A stretch of DNA of 64,000 nucleotides, from the NCBI GenBank assembly GCA_030432635.1, contig JAUIMB010000011.1, positions 54,124-118,123 on the forward strand. Reading direction: 5' to 3'. A program made the position numbers and the translations under genes. The notes beneath the pieces are model-generated. The model saw only the letters and a program-made list of their open reading frames with translations. It had not been told where the DNA came from and made no database searches. Shown here piece by piece: positions 1-9,726 of this stretch; the stretch's first letter is position 1, and each line of letters starts with the position of its first letter. The DNA is from Bacteroidia bacterium (GTDB taxonomy: Bacteria > Bacteroidota > Bacteroidia > Flavobacteriales > Flavobacteriaceae).

Positions 1-272
1 CGTTCTAGAACGATACTATTCTCTGCAGATTTTATGACACTGGAATTGACAATATGCTTGCGATTGAAGATTTTGGTCTTACGATATTGTTGTCCGAACA
101 AATAATAAATTACCAATCCGAAAAACGGAAACAATGCTAGAACAAGAATATAGGATATGGTTTTGGTCGGACTAATATTCTTCAATAAAATCGTAAAAAT
201 GGCAGACAATGCCAACAGATAATTGATGACAACTAAAACCGTCCAAAAATGTTCCTGTATGTAATCAATCAT
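1..272 (-). CDS. cls: Cardiolipin synthase, N-terminal part (runs off the window)
   Basis: Manual translation from ATG at 272 gives MIDYIQEHFWTVLVVINYLLALSAIFTILLKNISPTKTISYILVLALFPFFGLVIYYLFGQQYRK, the typical two-helix PLD_N of Cls. It is coupled TAATG to the upstream stop. Confidence 0.8.
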   Translation of the reverse strand, partial: MIDYIQEHFWTVLVVINYLLALSAIFTILLKNISPTKTISYILVLALFPFFGLVIYYLFGQQYRKTKIFNRKHIVNSSVIKSAENSIVLE

Positions 273-1264
273 TAAGGTTTTACTGTATAATAACCTTCCT
301 TAGGAATTGCGATGGTATAATTCTTTCTAGATTTATTGTTGAGATGTGGCTCTCGCAACCATGGATTGTGGATTTTTAATATTTTATAATTAATCCCAAA
401 TTTTTCAGCAAACTTTGTGAAGTCGGTTACAGCCGTATCAACTTCTACATTATACGTAGGAATATGAGTGTATAAGTCCTTATCCGTAAAATTAAAGCCA
501 TACTTTTTTGGGTGATTCAATATTTCCTTGAGCGCTACAATTCGAAACACATAACGACCTGTTTCCTCACCTAACAATAAATCATAATAATTAGAAACAC
601 CTTGCTCACTCAATCGTCTGGAAACACCTGCATTTCCAGCATTATAAGCTGCAGCAGCTAGAGTCCAGGAACCTAATTGCTGTTTAGCACGTTTTAGATA
701 TTCACAGGCCACTTCTGTTGCCATTTCCAAATGATAACGTTCGTCGACATTACTATTGATTTCCAAACCATTTTCTCGACCTGTGGTTTTCATAATTTGC
801 CAAACACCTCTTGCACCAGCAGGAGAAACGGCATTGGTGAGACCGCTCTCGATGACTGCTAGATATTTGAAATCTTCGGGAACACCATTTTTCTTGAGTA
901 TAGGCTCAATAATTGGAAAGTATTTCGACGCACGTTTAAACATTAAAAGTCCATTACTTTGCCAATACGTATTGACCAACAACTCTCGGTCCATACGCTC
1001 CAAAATATCTGGATTTTCAAGTGGCATTGCTTCTCCAGCGAAATTTAAACTTTCAGGAACAGACAAGGCATAAACGTTGTAATCATTAAAATCACTAATC
1101 TTTTTTTGAGGTTGTGTTGTAGCCGTTTTATCCGATACTTTTTCGGCTTGAACAGCGTAGATAAACAAACCGCAAACGCAAATCAGACCGATTGCGGCTA
1201 AAATATTCTTTAAAGTAGACATGGTTCTTTTTTTTCTAAATGTATAAAATTTATGCTTTTTCAC
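272..1264 (-). CDS. Lytic murein transglycosylase (SLT domain, MltD-like); start may be 1222
   Basis: Motifs YLAVIESG, SPAGARGVWQIM and AAAAYNAG; N-terminal membrane anchor; C-terminal LysM-like NPWLR segment. Confidence 0.9.
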   Translation of the reverse strand: MKKHKFYTFRKKRTMSTLKNILAAIGLICVCGLFIYAVQAEKVSDKTATTQPQKKISDFNDYNVYALSVPESLNFAGEAMPLENPDILERMDRELLVNTYWQSNGLLMFKRASKYFPIIEPILKKNGVPEDFKYLAVIESGLTNAVSPAGARGVWQIMKTTGRENGLEINSNVDERYHLEMATEVACEYLKRAKQQLGSWTLAAAAYNAGNAGVSRRLSEQGVSNYYDLLLGEETGRYVFRIVALKEILNHPKKYGFNFTDKDLYTHIPTYNVEVDTAVTDFTKFAEKFGINYKILKIHNPWLREPHLNNKSRKNYTIAIPKEGYYTVKP

Positions 1265-1931
1265 AAGCGTCTTTCAATATTAGTTTTGGCAGGTTTTCAT
1301 TAAACCACTTGTATTTATTAATGATCATGATATGTGTACCGCCTTTAATCACAATACAATTGCCAACGCAAGAATGCGGAAAAACCATATCCTTATCACC
1401 ATGGATATAAATCGCTTTGTCATTGGGTTGGTCTTGATCCCATTCTATGACATTCTTAATTGCCCAATCTAAATAACGCTTATCATTAACCGAAAGGTAT
1501 TTTTTATACAGTTCCACACGTTTAGTTATCGTTTCTCCCAAGGCATATTTTGCCAAGACGTCAATATTGGCAACAAGTTGGGTTGGAAGCAGTTTATAGG
1601 CTTTGGTAAATTTCATCATCCTCATGCGCTTGGGCAATTCGTGCTTTGACTTTACGCTTGAGACTACAATTAATCTTCGACACGTCATGTACTTACTCAT
1701 TTCCTGAACCAAAATACCTCCAAAAGAGACACCCAAAAGCACTACATTATCATGCGTAATATGTGCAATCATTCGTTTGGCATAATGCGCTATACTTTCA
1801 TTCTTTTCTGGTATGAACCATTCCAACCAATGAATTTGAAATTGGTCTTCAGGTAAGTTTATGTGCTCAAAAATGGTTGGATTTGCAGCCATTCCTGGCA
1901 TTAAATACACATGTATCAGATCTTGTTGCAT
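1251..1931 (-). CDS. Alpha/beta hydrolase
   Basis: PGM oxyanion motif, GVSFGG nucleophile elbow, HGDKD and GGTH motifs. Confidence 0.85.
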   Translation of the reverse strand: MQQDLIHVYLMPGMAANPTIFEHINLPEDQFQIHWLEWFIPEKNESIAHYAKRMIAHITHDNVVLLGVSFGGILVQEMSKYMTCRRLIVVSSVKSKHELPKRMRMMKFTKAYKLLPTQLVANIDVLAKYALGETITKRVELYKKYLSVNDKRYLDWAIKNVIEWDQDQPNDKAIYIHGDKDMVFPHSCVGNCIVIKGGTHIMIINKYKWFNENLPKLILKDACEKA

Positions 1932-1975
1932 ATGATAATGAAGTAATTAGGCTTTAATATATGTGATATTTTTCG

Positions 1976-1983
1976 TAAATTTG
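1976..1983 (+). promoter_or_regulatory. Bacteroidota sigma-70 -7 element (TAAATTTG)
   Basis: Exact TAnnTTTG match 65 nt upstream of the ORF at 2048. Confidence 0.6.
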
Positions 1984-2047
1984 CATTGCAAACTATATTA
2001 TAGCTAGTTTCCCCTACCGACCATTGAATTAAATACACATTTTTATT

Positions 2048-2344
2048 ATGATTGATGCTGCTGAACTTACAGACAATGATTTTTTACGCCAATTCGAATT
2101 AAAAGTAGATGACGGACTTGCAAAAATCGAGTATTCCCTTCAAGATCGAAAAATCTTTTTAACAAAATTAATTATTCCTGAGCGTATTTCAAGTGAGAAT
2201 TTTGAAGAAGAATTTTTAACACTTGTTTTTGAAAATATAGCAGAGCGAAATATCAGTGTAGTACCTACCAGTCCTGAAATTGCAAAATTCATTAGGCGAC
2301 ACAGAAAATATAAGAAAATGTTGCCTGTTGGCATAAGAATATAA
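2048..2344 (+). CDS. Small GNAT-like N-acetyltransferase (YjdJ / Acetyltransf_CG type)
   Basis: 98 aa with the pattern RQFEL..DDGLAKIEY...KIFLTKL.....VVPTSP typical of this family. Confidence 0.75.
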   Translation: MIDAAELTDNDFLRQFELKVDDGLAKIEYSLQDRKIFLTKLIIPERISSENFEEEFLTLVFENIAERNISVVPTSPEIAKFIRRHRKYKKMLPVGIRI

Positions 2345-2345
2345 C

Positions 2346-2382
2346 ATAAAAAAATCCGAAGTTAGACTTCGGATTTTTTTAT
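2346..2382. terminator. Bidirectional intrinsic terminator
   Basis: ataaaaaaatccgaag-ttaga-cttcggatttttttat between convergent genes. Confidence 0.85.
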
Positions 2383-2474
2383 CTTTTCCCTTAACGTGAA
2401 ATATTCGTCTTCTTCTTGCAGACAATCATTCTACATTGTTTTCCGACGACCATAAGTGGACCATAAGTGGTACT

Positions 2475-2858
2475 TTAGTAATATTCCTCGTAGTTTTCTG
2501 AGATCTTAACATAGGTCACACCATCTCCCACATCAACCAACTCTTCATCATCAACAAACTGATACGACTTGAATACGTCACCATCATCAAATACAGTAAC
2601 AGTTTGATTTTCAATAGTCCAAGTTATAGGGTTAGCAGATGACACGATCCCTCCAGAATGATGGGTCTTTGTCAAAATCGTTAATCCTGTGTTATCGTTT
2701 CCGAAAACTAATTTATAACTGTCCATCGACTCTTGACCTTGGACATTATATTCCCATACTCCCAACACATTGTACGACACATTAACTTGATCATCATCTT
2801 TAGAACAAGAAGTGATCAATACAGCAAGTACAATAATTAAGGTTTTGACGTATTTCAT
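2475..2858 (-). CDS. Hypothetical lipoprotein (lipocalin-like beta fold possible)
   Basis: Lipobox LITSC followed by SKDDD; LGVWE motif. Confidence 0.65.
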   Translation of the reverse strand: MKYVKTLIIVLAVLITSCSKDDDQVNVSYNVLGVWEYNVQGQESMDSYKLVFGNDNTGLTILTKTHHSGGIVSSANPITWTIENQTVTVFDDGDVFKSYQFVDDEELVDVGDGVTYVKISENYEEYY

Positions 2859-2924
2859 GATGTTTAAATTACAATCAAACTTAAGGCTTTGTTTAGAACA
2901 ACAATAAGCTAATCGACAAACACC

Positions 2925-4289
2925 TTAAATCTTAGCTGAATTCAATATTGCATCTTCGATTGTTGATGCCTTTTCAACAAACTCGAACCTTACTAATCCA
3001 TCTTGATCAATGCTGGTCAGTTTTACAACGTGAAGCGTATTCACCAATTCAGGATTCCAAAACGTTTTGACCTTAACATAATTTTCGGTAAACCCATGAA
3101 TAAAGCCTTCTTTATTTTCGCCTTCAAAAAGTACAGTTCTTGTTGTGCCCAATTGACTTTCATAAAATGCGCGACGCTTTTTAACCGATAAGCCTCGTAA
3201 CATTTTACTGCGTTTTGACCTTATATTTTTCGGTACTGGATTTGGCATTTCTGCGGCAAGCGTGTTATCACGCTCAGAATAGGTAAAGACATGTAAATAG
3301 GAAATGTCCAATTCGTTCAGAAAATTATAGGTCTCCAAAAAATGGGTTTCTGATTCACCTGGAAATCCAACAATAACATCAACGCCAATACAGGCATGAG
3401 GCATTTTGTCTTTGATTTGCTTAACGCGATCAACGTATAATTCTTTCATATAGCGACGACGCATTAACTTTAAAAGGTCATTGCTTCCACTTTGCAATGG
3501 AATGTGAAAATGCGGTACAAAAGATTGGCTTTGCGCCACAAAATCGATGGTCTCGTTTTTTAGCAAATTAGGTTCTATGGAAGAAATCCGTAAGCGTTCA
3601 ATACCATCGACCTTGTCTAAAGCCTGAACGAGCTCAAAAAAAGTATGCTCATGCTTTTTGTTTCCAAACTCTCCTTTGCCATAATCTCCTATATTCACAC
3701 CTGTCAGCACAATTTCCTTGATACCTTTTCCTGAAATTTCCTTGGCATTCTGAAGGACATTTTCTAAGGTATCGCTACGAGAAATCCCTCTTGCCAACGG
3801 AATCGTACAATAGGTACATTTATAATCACAGCCATCCTGAACCTTAAGGAATGCTCGAGTTCGATCACCTATTGAATAACTTCCAACATAAAAATCGGCT
3901 TCCTCAATTTCACAGGAATGCACTTCTCCCATATCATTTTTCGACAAGTCATTGAGGTAATCGGTAATCTTGAATTTCTCGGTTGCTCCTAACACCAAAT
4001 CCACACCTTCAACATCGGCCAATTCCTCAGGCTTTAACTGTGCATAACAACCAACAGCAGCAACAAAGGCTTCAGGGTTGATCTTTTGTGCTTGCTTGAC
4101 AATAGACTTGAAACGTTTGTCTGCATTTTCGGTGACCGAACACGTATTGACGACATAGATATCGGCTTTTTCACTGAAGTCCACACGATCAAAACCTTCC
4201 GAAGAAAACTGTCTCGCAATCGTTGAAGTTTCAGAAAAATTAAGCTTACAACCTAAGGTATAAAATGCGACTTTTTTATTCATATCCAA
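2925..4289 (-). CDS. mtaB: tRNA t6A37 methylthiotransferase (radical SAM)
   Basis: TLGCKLNFSET, VVNTCSVT and QDGCDYKCTYC (CxxxCxxC) motifs; C-terminal TRAM-like region. Confidence 0.93.
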   Translation of the reverse strand: MDMNKKVAFYTLGCKLNFSETSTIARQFSSEGFDRVDFSEKADIYVVNTCSVTENADKRFKSIVKQAQKINPEAFVAAVGCYAQLKPEELADVEGVDLVLGATEKFKITDYLNDLSKNDMGEVHSCEIEEADFYVGSYSIGDRTRAFLKVQDGCDYKCTYCTIPLARGISRSDTLENVLQNAKEISGKGIKEIVLTGVNIGDYGKGEFGNKKHEHTFFELVQALDKVDGIERLRISSIEPNLLKNETIDFVAQSQSFVPHFHIPLQSGSNDLLKLMRRRYMKELYVDRVKQIKDKMPHACIGVDVIVGFPGESETHFLETYNFLNELDISYLHVFTYSERDNTLAAEMPNPVPKNIRSKRSKMLRGLSVKKRRAFYESQLGTTRTVLFEGENKEGFIHGFTENYVKVKTFWNPELVNTLHVVKLTSIDQDGLVRFEFVEKASTIEDAILNSAKI

Positions 4290-4347
4290 TTAATTTCCGA
4301 TAGCACAGAAATCTATTTATATTTACTCGTTTCAAATATAGAGAGGG

Positions 4348-4355
4348 CAAATTTA
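4348..4355 (-). promoter_or_regulatory. -7 element (TAAATTTG) for mtaB
   Basis: caaattta on the + strand, 59 nt upstream of the start. Confidence 0.6.
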
Positions 4356-4421
4356 CGTAATTGTTAGACTTTTCACAATGTATTCGAACCTTCAACGTTT
4401 AATATCAATAATTTATAAAAC

Positions 4422-5573
4422 ATGTCTAAGGCCAAATTAAGAATTCAAGAGGTCATCTCCTTTCTTAAAAATAAAGATACTGTTCTTGGTTTCCGAAAAT
4501 TAATGGATTGTGTGATCGACACACAGGATTTGGACTTATATAATGAGGTTATTGCATTAACCGATTGGAAAGCACAGTTTCCTGATCAAGAGGATGAGTT
4601 CATTAAACGCTCCCTTGAAATTTTAGATCGCGCTGCCAAAGTTCCTCTTACTGAATACGAGACCAACAACCCAATAGTAATCGGCAAGGAACTTGTTAAA
4701 AGCTATGGTAGAAATCGTTTCAAGCTTGGTCCTATTTCCATAAATATAAGGAAAGGGGAAGTCTACGGACTGGTTGGAGAAAACGGTAATGGAAAGACTA
4801 CGCTACTTCGGGTTTTAGCAAAAGAACTAAAGCATAATGAAGGTCAGCTCGATTTTAGATTTGATACGTCTTACAACACGAATTATGACTTGAGAACCAA
4901 TTTGGTTTACATTCCGCAGCGTACGCAAAAGTGGTATGGCAGTTTGAAGGACAATTTAAAATTCGTGCTTTCCAACTATGGTATTCCACCCGAAGAAAAT
5001 GAAACCAGAGTGCTTATGATGATCGCTCGTTTTGGCCTATGGAACTACAAACATCTTAAATGGAACGAACTGTCTTCAGGTTACAAAATGCGCTTCGAAC
5101 TGGCCAGAACATTACTTCGTCAACCTGAACTGCTTTTGCTTGATGAACCCTTGGCCAATTTGGATGTCTTGGCGCAACAAGTGATCTTGGAGGATTTAAA
5201 ATCGATGTGCAATTCAATCAACAATCCGATTGCTATGATTTTAAGTTCTCAACAGCTGTACGAAGTTGAAAAGATTTCAGATAAAGTCATCTACCTCAAG
5301 GATGGTAAGTACAAAGACAATACATCGCCTATTGACAATCAAAACAACCAATTGATCGTAGAGATTGAATGCGATGCAGAAAGGCAAGTTTTATTATCGC
5401 TTTTCAAATCTATTCAATTGGAAAAACTCATCTATAATGGCGGAATTTATGTTGCCTATTTTAATAACGACACAACATTTGCGATGGTACTGGAACAACT
5501 TGGAGTCCATAAAATTAACGTGACATATACTAGAAATATTAGCGAATCGACCAGACGCTTTTTTGTGTCTTAA
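4422..5573 (+). CDS. ABC ATP-binding protein with ~80-aa N-terminal helical extension
   Basis: Walker A GENGNGKTT, signature LSSGYK, Walker B LLLLDEP, H-loop replaced by SSQ. Confidence 0.85.
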   Translation: MSKAKLRIQEVISFLKNKDTVLGFRKLMDCVIDTQDLDLYNEVIALTDWKAQFPDQEDEFIKRSLEILDRAAKVPLTEYETNNPIVIGKELVKSYGRNRFKLGPISINIRKGEVYGLVGENGNGKTTLLRVLAKELKHNEGQLDFRFDTSYNTNYDLRTNLVYIPQRTQKWYGSLKDNLKFVLSNYGIPPEENETRVLMMIARFGLWNYKHLKWNELSSGYKMRFELARTLLRQPELLLLDEPLANLDVLAQQVILEDLKSMCNSINNPIAMILSSQQLYEVEKISDKVIYLKDGKYKDNTSPIDNQNNQLIVEIECDAERQVLLSLFKSIQLEKLIYNGGIYVAYFNNDTTFAMVLEQLGVHKINVTYTRNISESTRRFFVS

Positions 5574-7381
5574 TGCTCAACGTAATGAAAACATTTATTC
5601 ATAAAATCAATCAATATCTACTCGAACGCTTTCCTACTATTTGGAATACGAGATTGGTCTGGATGCTTTTGGCTGCACTACTATTACATGCCGTGTTTTT
5701 TGTGTTTGGTGTTTTCACCTTGTCCAATCCAGAAATGCTTCATGAGCGTTATGTGAGCATGATCTTCTTCGAAAATGGCTCAGTATTCTTGTCGTCAATT
5801 ATCTCTGTGTTATTGATTGTTGGTTGGCTGATATATATGTTTAAGAACAATGCGTTCAAAAACTTCTACCCAACTACCAAGACCAAGCTATTTGGGCAGT
5901 TTATGTGTTATCTGTTGATTGTATTTAGTTGTACCACCTTTTATTTATCGTATAGCTACGGAATAAAGGCCTTTATTGCCTCAACCTATCCTGTCGACAT
6001 GGTCAACAAGCAGATTGAAGTGGCCAATGATGCTGCCTTGTTTTTTTCTGAAAGTATATCAGATTATACCATAGACAAACGTCGTTACCCAGAACGGTTT
6101 GATGAACTATACTGTGAAACCCAAGAAATATTCATTGACAAGGACCAAGCGCACATCATGTTTTTGGACAAAGCATTTCAGTACTACACCTTATCGACCA
6201 AATCTGTGCCATTGTCTGAAGACAACTATCCTTATGGGAGTACTGAAAATCCGAAAGACAGCATCCTGAAAGGCTATTTGTACTCTAAAGTCAAGGACTC
6301 GCTACGTATTTATTATTATAAGGATTCTGTGGTTGATGTAACACCTCTAATTAAAACGAAAAACCCTAGTTATTATAATGCCTCATCTACGTTTTACATA
6401 TCCATTTACGATACGTTGAACACCAATTACAACAGCTATGACTATAACTATGATTATTATCCAGCAGATACTGAATATGATTATGGTTACAGTCCTAAAT
6501 TCAACTTACGTCATAAGCTGCGGAACAAAAGAAACAATGCTCTATTAAACCGCAACAGCAAGAACGAAATTAAAGGGCTCCTGAAAGACTTCCTGGAGTT
6601 TTCAGAACAATACCAAATAGACCACAACATCACGGCAGACCAGTGGCTGGATTTGGTTTATCATCCTGAAGCATTTGAGGTCAAGCACTTCATTAGGACA
6701 GAACCAAAGCATAAGTTTGATTATACGTCAACAGCCGTTGAGAGAACACCTTACGAGCAATATTACGTGGATCATGTTTCCGATTTTCATTATGACCATC
6801 ATACGTTGCGTATTGTGTTTGAAAACTTAGAAGACATCAATAATAGCAATCCGCTTTTTGAAAGCATTCATTTTTTCATTTGGTTTAGCTTTTTATTCAC
6901 CTGTTTAGTATTTATGTTCAGGGTCACTGGACTCAAGCCGTTATTATTCAGTATTATTACTGTTGGTCTATTGACATTATTAGTGACTCTGTTTGCTGCC
7001 TTGACATTCTACTTGATTCAAGATCACTATAATAATGCTGATTACTTTATATGTTATTTGATTTTAGGTATAGGTACGATTATTTTGTTGATTCCTTTGG
7101 TATTTATTGAACGTGTTAAAAAAATAATTGTCGCCATTTGCATGAATATTTCGCTGATCGGGTTTCCACTGTATATGCTCTTAATCCTAGGTATCATAAC
7201 CATGCACCAAAATGATGCTTGTCGTGAAGACTTGGATTATTATGAAGGCTATTATCAATGTGATACTGTGCTTAGTTATTTGGATTTTAATTGGAGTTAT
7301 GTGCTGTTTTTCGCTGGAATAATCTTTATCTTTCTCTACACTAAAGTTATAAAACATTGGAAATCACTTCCCGAAGGATAA
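5573..7381 (+). CDS. Multi-pass membrane protein, probable ABC permease partner with a large soluble loop
   Basis: TAATG coupling to the ATPase; about 3 N-terminal and 5 C-terminal hydrophobic segments around a Tyr-rich loop. Confidence 0.6.
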   Translation: MLNVMKTFIHKINQYLLERFPTIWNTRLVWMLLAALLLHAVFFVFGVFTLSNPEMLHERYVSMIFFENGSVFLSSIISVLLIVGWLIYMFKNNAFKNFYPTTKTKLFGQFMCYLLIVFSCTTFYLSYSYGIKAFIASTYPVDMVNKQIEVANDAALFFSESISDYTIDKRRYPERFDELYCETQEIFIDKDQAHIMFLDKAFQYYTLSTKSVPLSEDNYPYGSTENPKDSILKGYLYSKVKDSLRIYYYKDSVVDVTPLIKTKNPSYYNASSTFYISIYDTLNTNYNSYDYNYDYYPADTEYDYGYSPKFNLRHKLRNKRNNALLNRNSKNEIKGLLKDFLEFSEQYQIDHNITADQWLDLVYHPEAFEVKHFIRTEPKHKFDYTSTAVERTPYEQYYVDHVSDFHYDHHTLRIVFENLEDINNSNPLFESIHFFIWFSFLFTCLVFMFRVTGLKPLLFSIITVGLLTLLVTLFAALTFYLIQDHYNNADYFICYLILGIGTIILLIPLVFIERVKKIIVAICMNISLIGFPLYMLLILGIITMHQNDACREDLDYYEGYYQCDTVLSYLDFNWSYVLFFAGIIFIFLYTKVIKHWKSLPEG

Positions 7382-7386
7382 CTAGC

Positions 7387-8991
7387 ATGAAACCCATGAA
7401 AAAATACGCTATAATCTATTTCGTAATGGTCCTGATTGTCTCCTGTGGAAGGGATAGCAATACTTCAAATGACCATTTGGTATTTAGATATAATGAACAT
7501 AAGAACATTGGGTCATTAGATCCTGCCTTTGCGAAGGACAATGCCGATATTTGGGCTGTTAATCAGCTATTTAACGGATTGGTACAAATGGATGAAAATC
7601 TCGACGTCCAACCTTGTATCGCAAAAAATTGGACCATCTCTGAAGATGCGCTCACCTACTCTTTTGCGCTTCGAAATGATGTTGCATTTCATAAGCATGA
7701 ATTATTTGGCGCAGACTCTACAAGAATGGTCACAGCTGAAGATTTTGAATATAGCCTGTTCAGATTATGTGATCATAAAACAGCATCACCTGGAAGTTGG
7801 GTCGTTAATAACCTTTGGGATATTAGAGCTAAAAAAGACTCCTTAAAAATCATTCTTAAGTCCCCAGACCCATCTTTCATAGGAAAACTTACCATGAAAT
7901 ACTGCGCTGTAGTACCAAAGGAAATTGTCGAACATTACCAAAGTGATTTTCGTTCAAATCCGATTGGCACTGGACCGTTTCAGTTTAAACGTTGGGAAGA
8001 AAATCTAAAACTGGTATTCCGAAAAAACAAGCAGTATTTTGAACATGATTCTAATGGAAATCCTTTACCTTATCTCGAAGCAGTTGCCATTACGTTCTTA
8101 CCTGATAAGCAAAGTGAATTTCTTCAATTTGCCCAAGGAAACATCGATTTTGTATCTGGTTTGGATGCTTCCTATAAGGATGAAATCTTAACAGCAACAG
8201 GGAATTTACGTAATTCCTATGCTAAGGATGTCAATATGATTCGTGGTCCATATCTCAATACCGAATATTTGGCCTTTTTCATGGATTCTGAACTTACCGA
8301 AATACAATCCCAAACCTTACGTCAAGCCATCAATTATGGTTTTGACAAGCAGAAAATGATGACCTATTTGCGAAATGGCATTGGAATTCCTGCGCATGGT
8401 GGTTTCATTCCCAAAGGATTACCAGGTTATGATGCTTCCATAGGTTATAGTTTTCAACCTGAAAAAGCCAAAGCCCTCGTCAAGCAGTTTAAAGCAGAAA
8501 CCGGAATTTCCAATCCGGAAATCACCATCACAACAACGAGCAACTACTTGAGCTTTTGTGAATTCATCCAAAGAGAACTTCAAAAAATTGATCTTCTGGT
8601 CAATGTAGATGTCATTCCTGCTGCTACATTAAGAGATGCCAAAGCCAACGGTAAATTAGACTTTTTTCGTGCGAGTTGGGTTGCCGATTATCCTGATGCT
8701 GAAAATTACCTGTCGCTCTACTCAAGTAAAAACTTTGCACCAAATGGTCCAAATTATACGCATTTCAAAAGTCAATTATTTGACAATTGGTATCAAGAAG
8801 CATTGACCATTACAGATACCAAGCAACGTGAAAAGTTATATACAAAAATGGACAGTCTGGTCATGACCCAAACTCCTGTTGTGCCATTATTTTATGATGA
8901 AGTCGTAAGGTTTACGAGAAAAAATGTTTCAGGCTTAGGTATTAACCCTATCAACCTTTTGGATTTAAAACGTGTTAAAAAAACGTATTAA
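7387..8991 (+). CDS. ABC substrate-binding lipoprotein, family 5 (peptide/nickel type); ORF track starts at 7357
   Basis: Lipobox IVSC; SLDPA, QLFNGLV, PIGTGPF and WVADYPDAENYL motifs. Confidence 0.88.
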   Translation: MKPMKKYAIIYFVMVLIVSCGRDSNTSNDHLVFRYNEHKNIGSLDPAFAKDNADIWAVNQLFNGLVQMDENLDVQPCIAKNWTISEDALTYSFALRNDVAFHKHELFGADSTRMVTAEDFEYSLFRLCDHKTASPGSWVVNNLWDIRAKKDSLKIILKSPDPSFIGKLTMKYCAVVPKEIVEHYQSDFRSNPIGTGPFQFKRWEENLKLVFRKNKQYFEHDSNGNPLPYLEAVAITFLPDKQSEFLQFAQGNIDFVSGLDASYKDEILTATGNLRNSYAKDVNMIRGPYLNTEYLAFFMDSELTEIQSQTLRQAINYGFDKQKMMTYLRNGIGIPAHGGFIPKGLPGYDASIGYSFQPEKAKALVKQFKAETGISNPEITITTTSNYLSFCEFIQRELQKIDLLVNVDVIPAATLRDAKANGKLDFFRASWVADYPDAENYLSLYSSKNFAPNGPNYTHFKSQLFDNWYQEALTITDTKQREKLYTKMDSLVMTQTPVVPLFYDEVVRFTRKNVSGLGINPINLLDLKRVKKTY

Positions 8992-9687
8992 TTAGTTTTC
9001 AACCAACTTGTCCCTCTTCTCATGTACCAATCCTAAGATGATCAAAAACTGTGATAAGCCATAAAAAAACATGGTAACTACTTCTTGAAATGTAAACCTG
9101 TAATAAAAATTGCTCAATACAGCAGAAGTATCTGCAACCAAAAGCAGTAACATTCCTAACATTACCAATTGATAACTTCGTTTATTTACAGCTTGCTTTC
9201 TCAAAAATGCAAATTGAAGTGCTATTAAGGTAACAAACAAAAACACCAACACTGGAATCAGTGAATCACCTAAGTTTTCCATAGTTAAATTAAGTATGAT
9301 AAACATGTAAATAAGGTACAATGACACAAACGGAATTGAACTCACCAATTTAAAATCCCTTTCATTTGAAAACCGGAAAACGTAAAACATCTTAGCCAAA
9401 ATAAAGAATAAACTGCCAGCCATAAGAACAACTGGTTCTGCCTTAAAAAGTGTCATGATATTGGCAAGCATAAAACAAGACAGCGCTAAAATCAAAAAAA
9501 TGAATTTATTGCTGGAGCTCTCATTGTCATTTGACGCATAAAAGGCAATTAGCAATATGATCAATACAGGCTTTGTGGTTAGCCTAATTAGTTCGGCATC
9601 AATCCAAATCATGAAGGACAAGTCCAAAAACAGGATTGCAAAATATAAAATAGCAAAATGCAAAACGTTGTTAAGGACACGCTTCAT
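8992..9687 (-). CDS. YhhN/lysoplasmalogenase-family membrane protein
   Basis: TKP motif, multiple TM segments, GMLLLLVADT, final FYGLSQFLI. Confidence 0.7.
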   Translation of the reverse strand: MKRVLNNVLHFAILYFAILFLDLSFMIWIDAELIRLTTKPVLIILLIAFYASNDNESSSNKFIFLILALSCFMLANIMTLFKAEPVVLMAGSLFFILAKMFYVFRFSNERDFKLVSSIPFVSLYLIYMFIILNLTMENLGDSLIPVLVFLFVTLIALQFAFLRKQAVNKRSYQLVMLGMLLLLVADTSAVLSNFYYRFTFQEVVTMFFYGLSQFLIILGLVHEKRDKLVEN

Positions 9688-9726
9688 TGAAAGTGTTATT
9701 AATTAATAGCCACTTAAATTTACGAA

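Noticed and set aside
2448-2470. 11-bp tandem duplication GACCATAAGTG x2 just after the lipoprotein stop
   Set aside because: Only two copies and no spacers; consistent with a slippage or insertion scar, not a CRISPR or recognisable operator.
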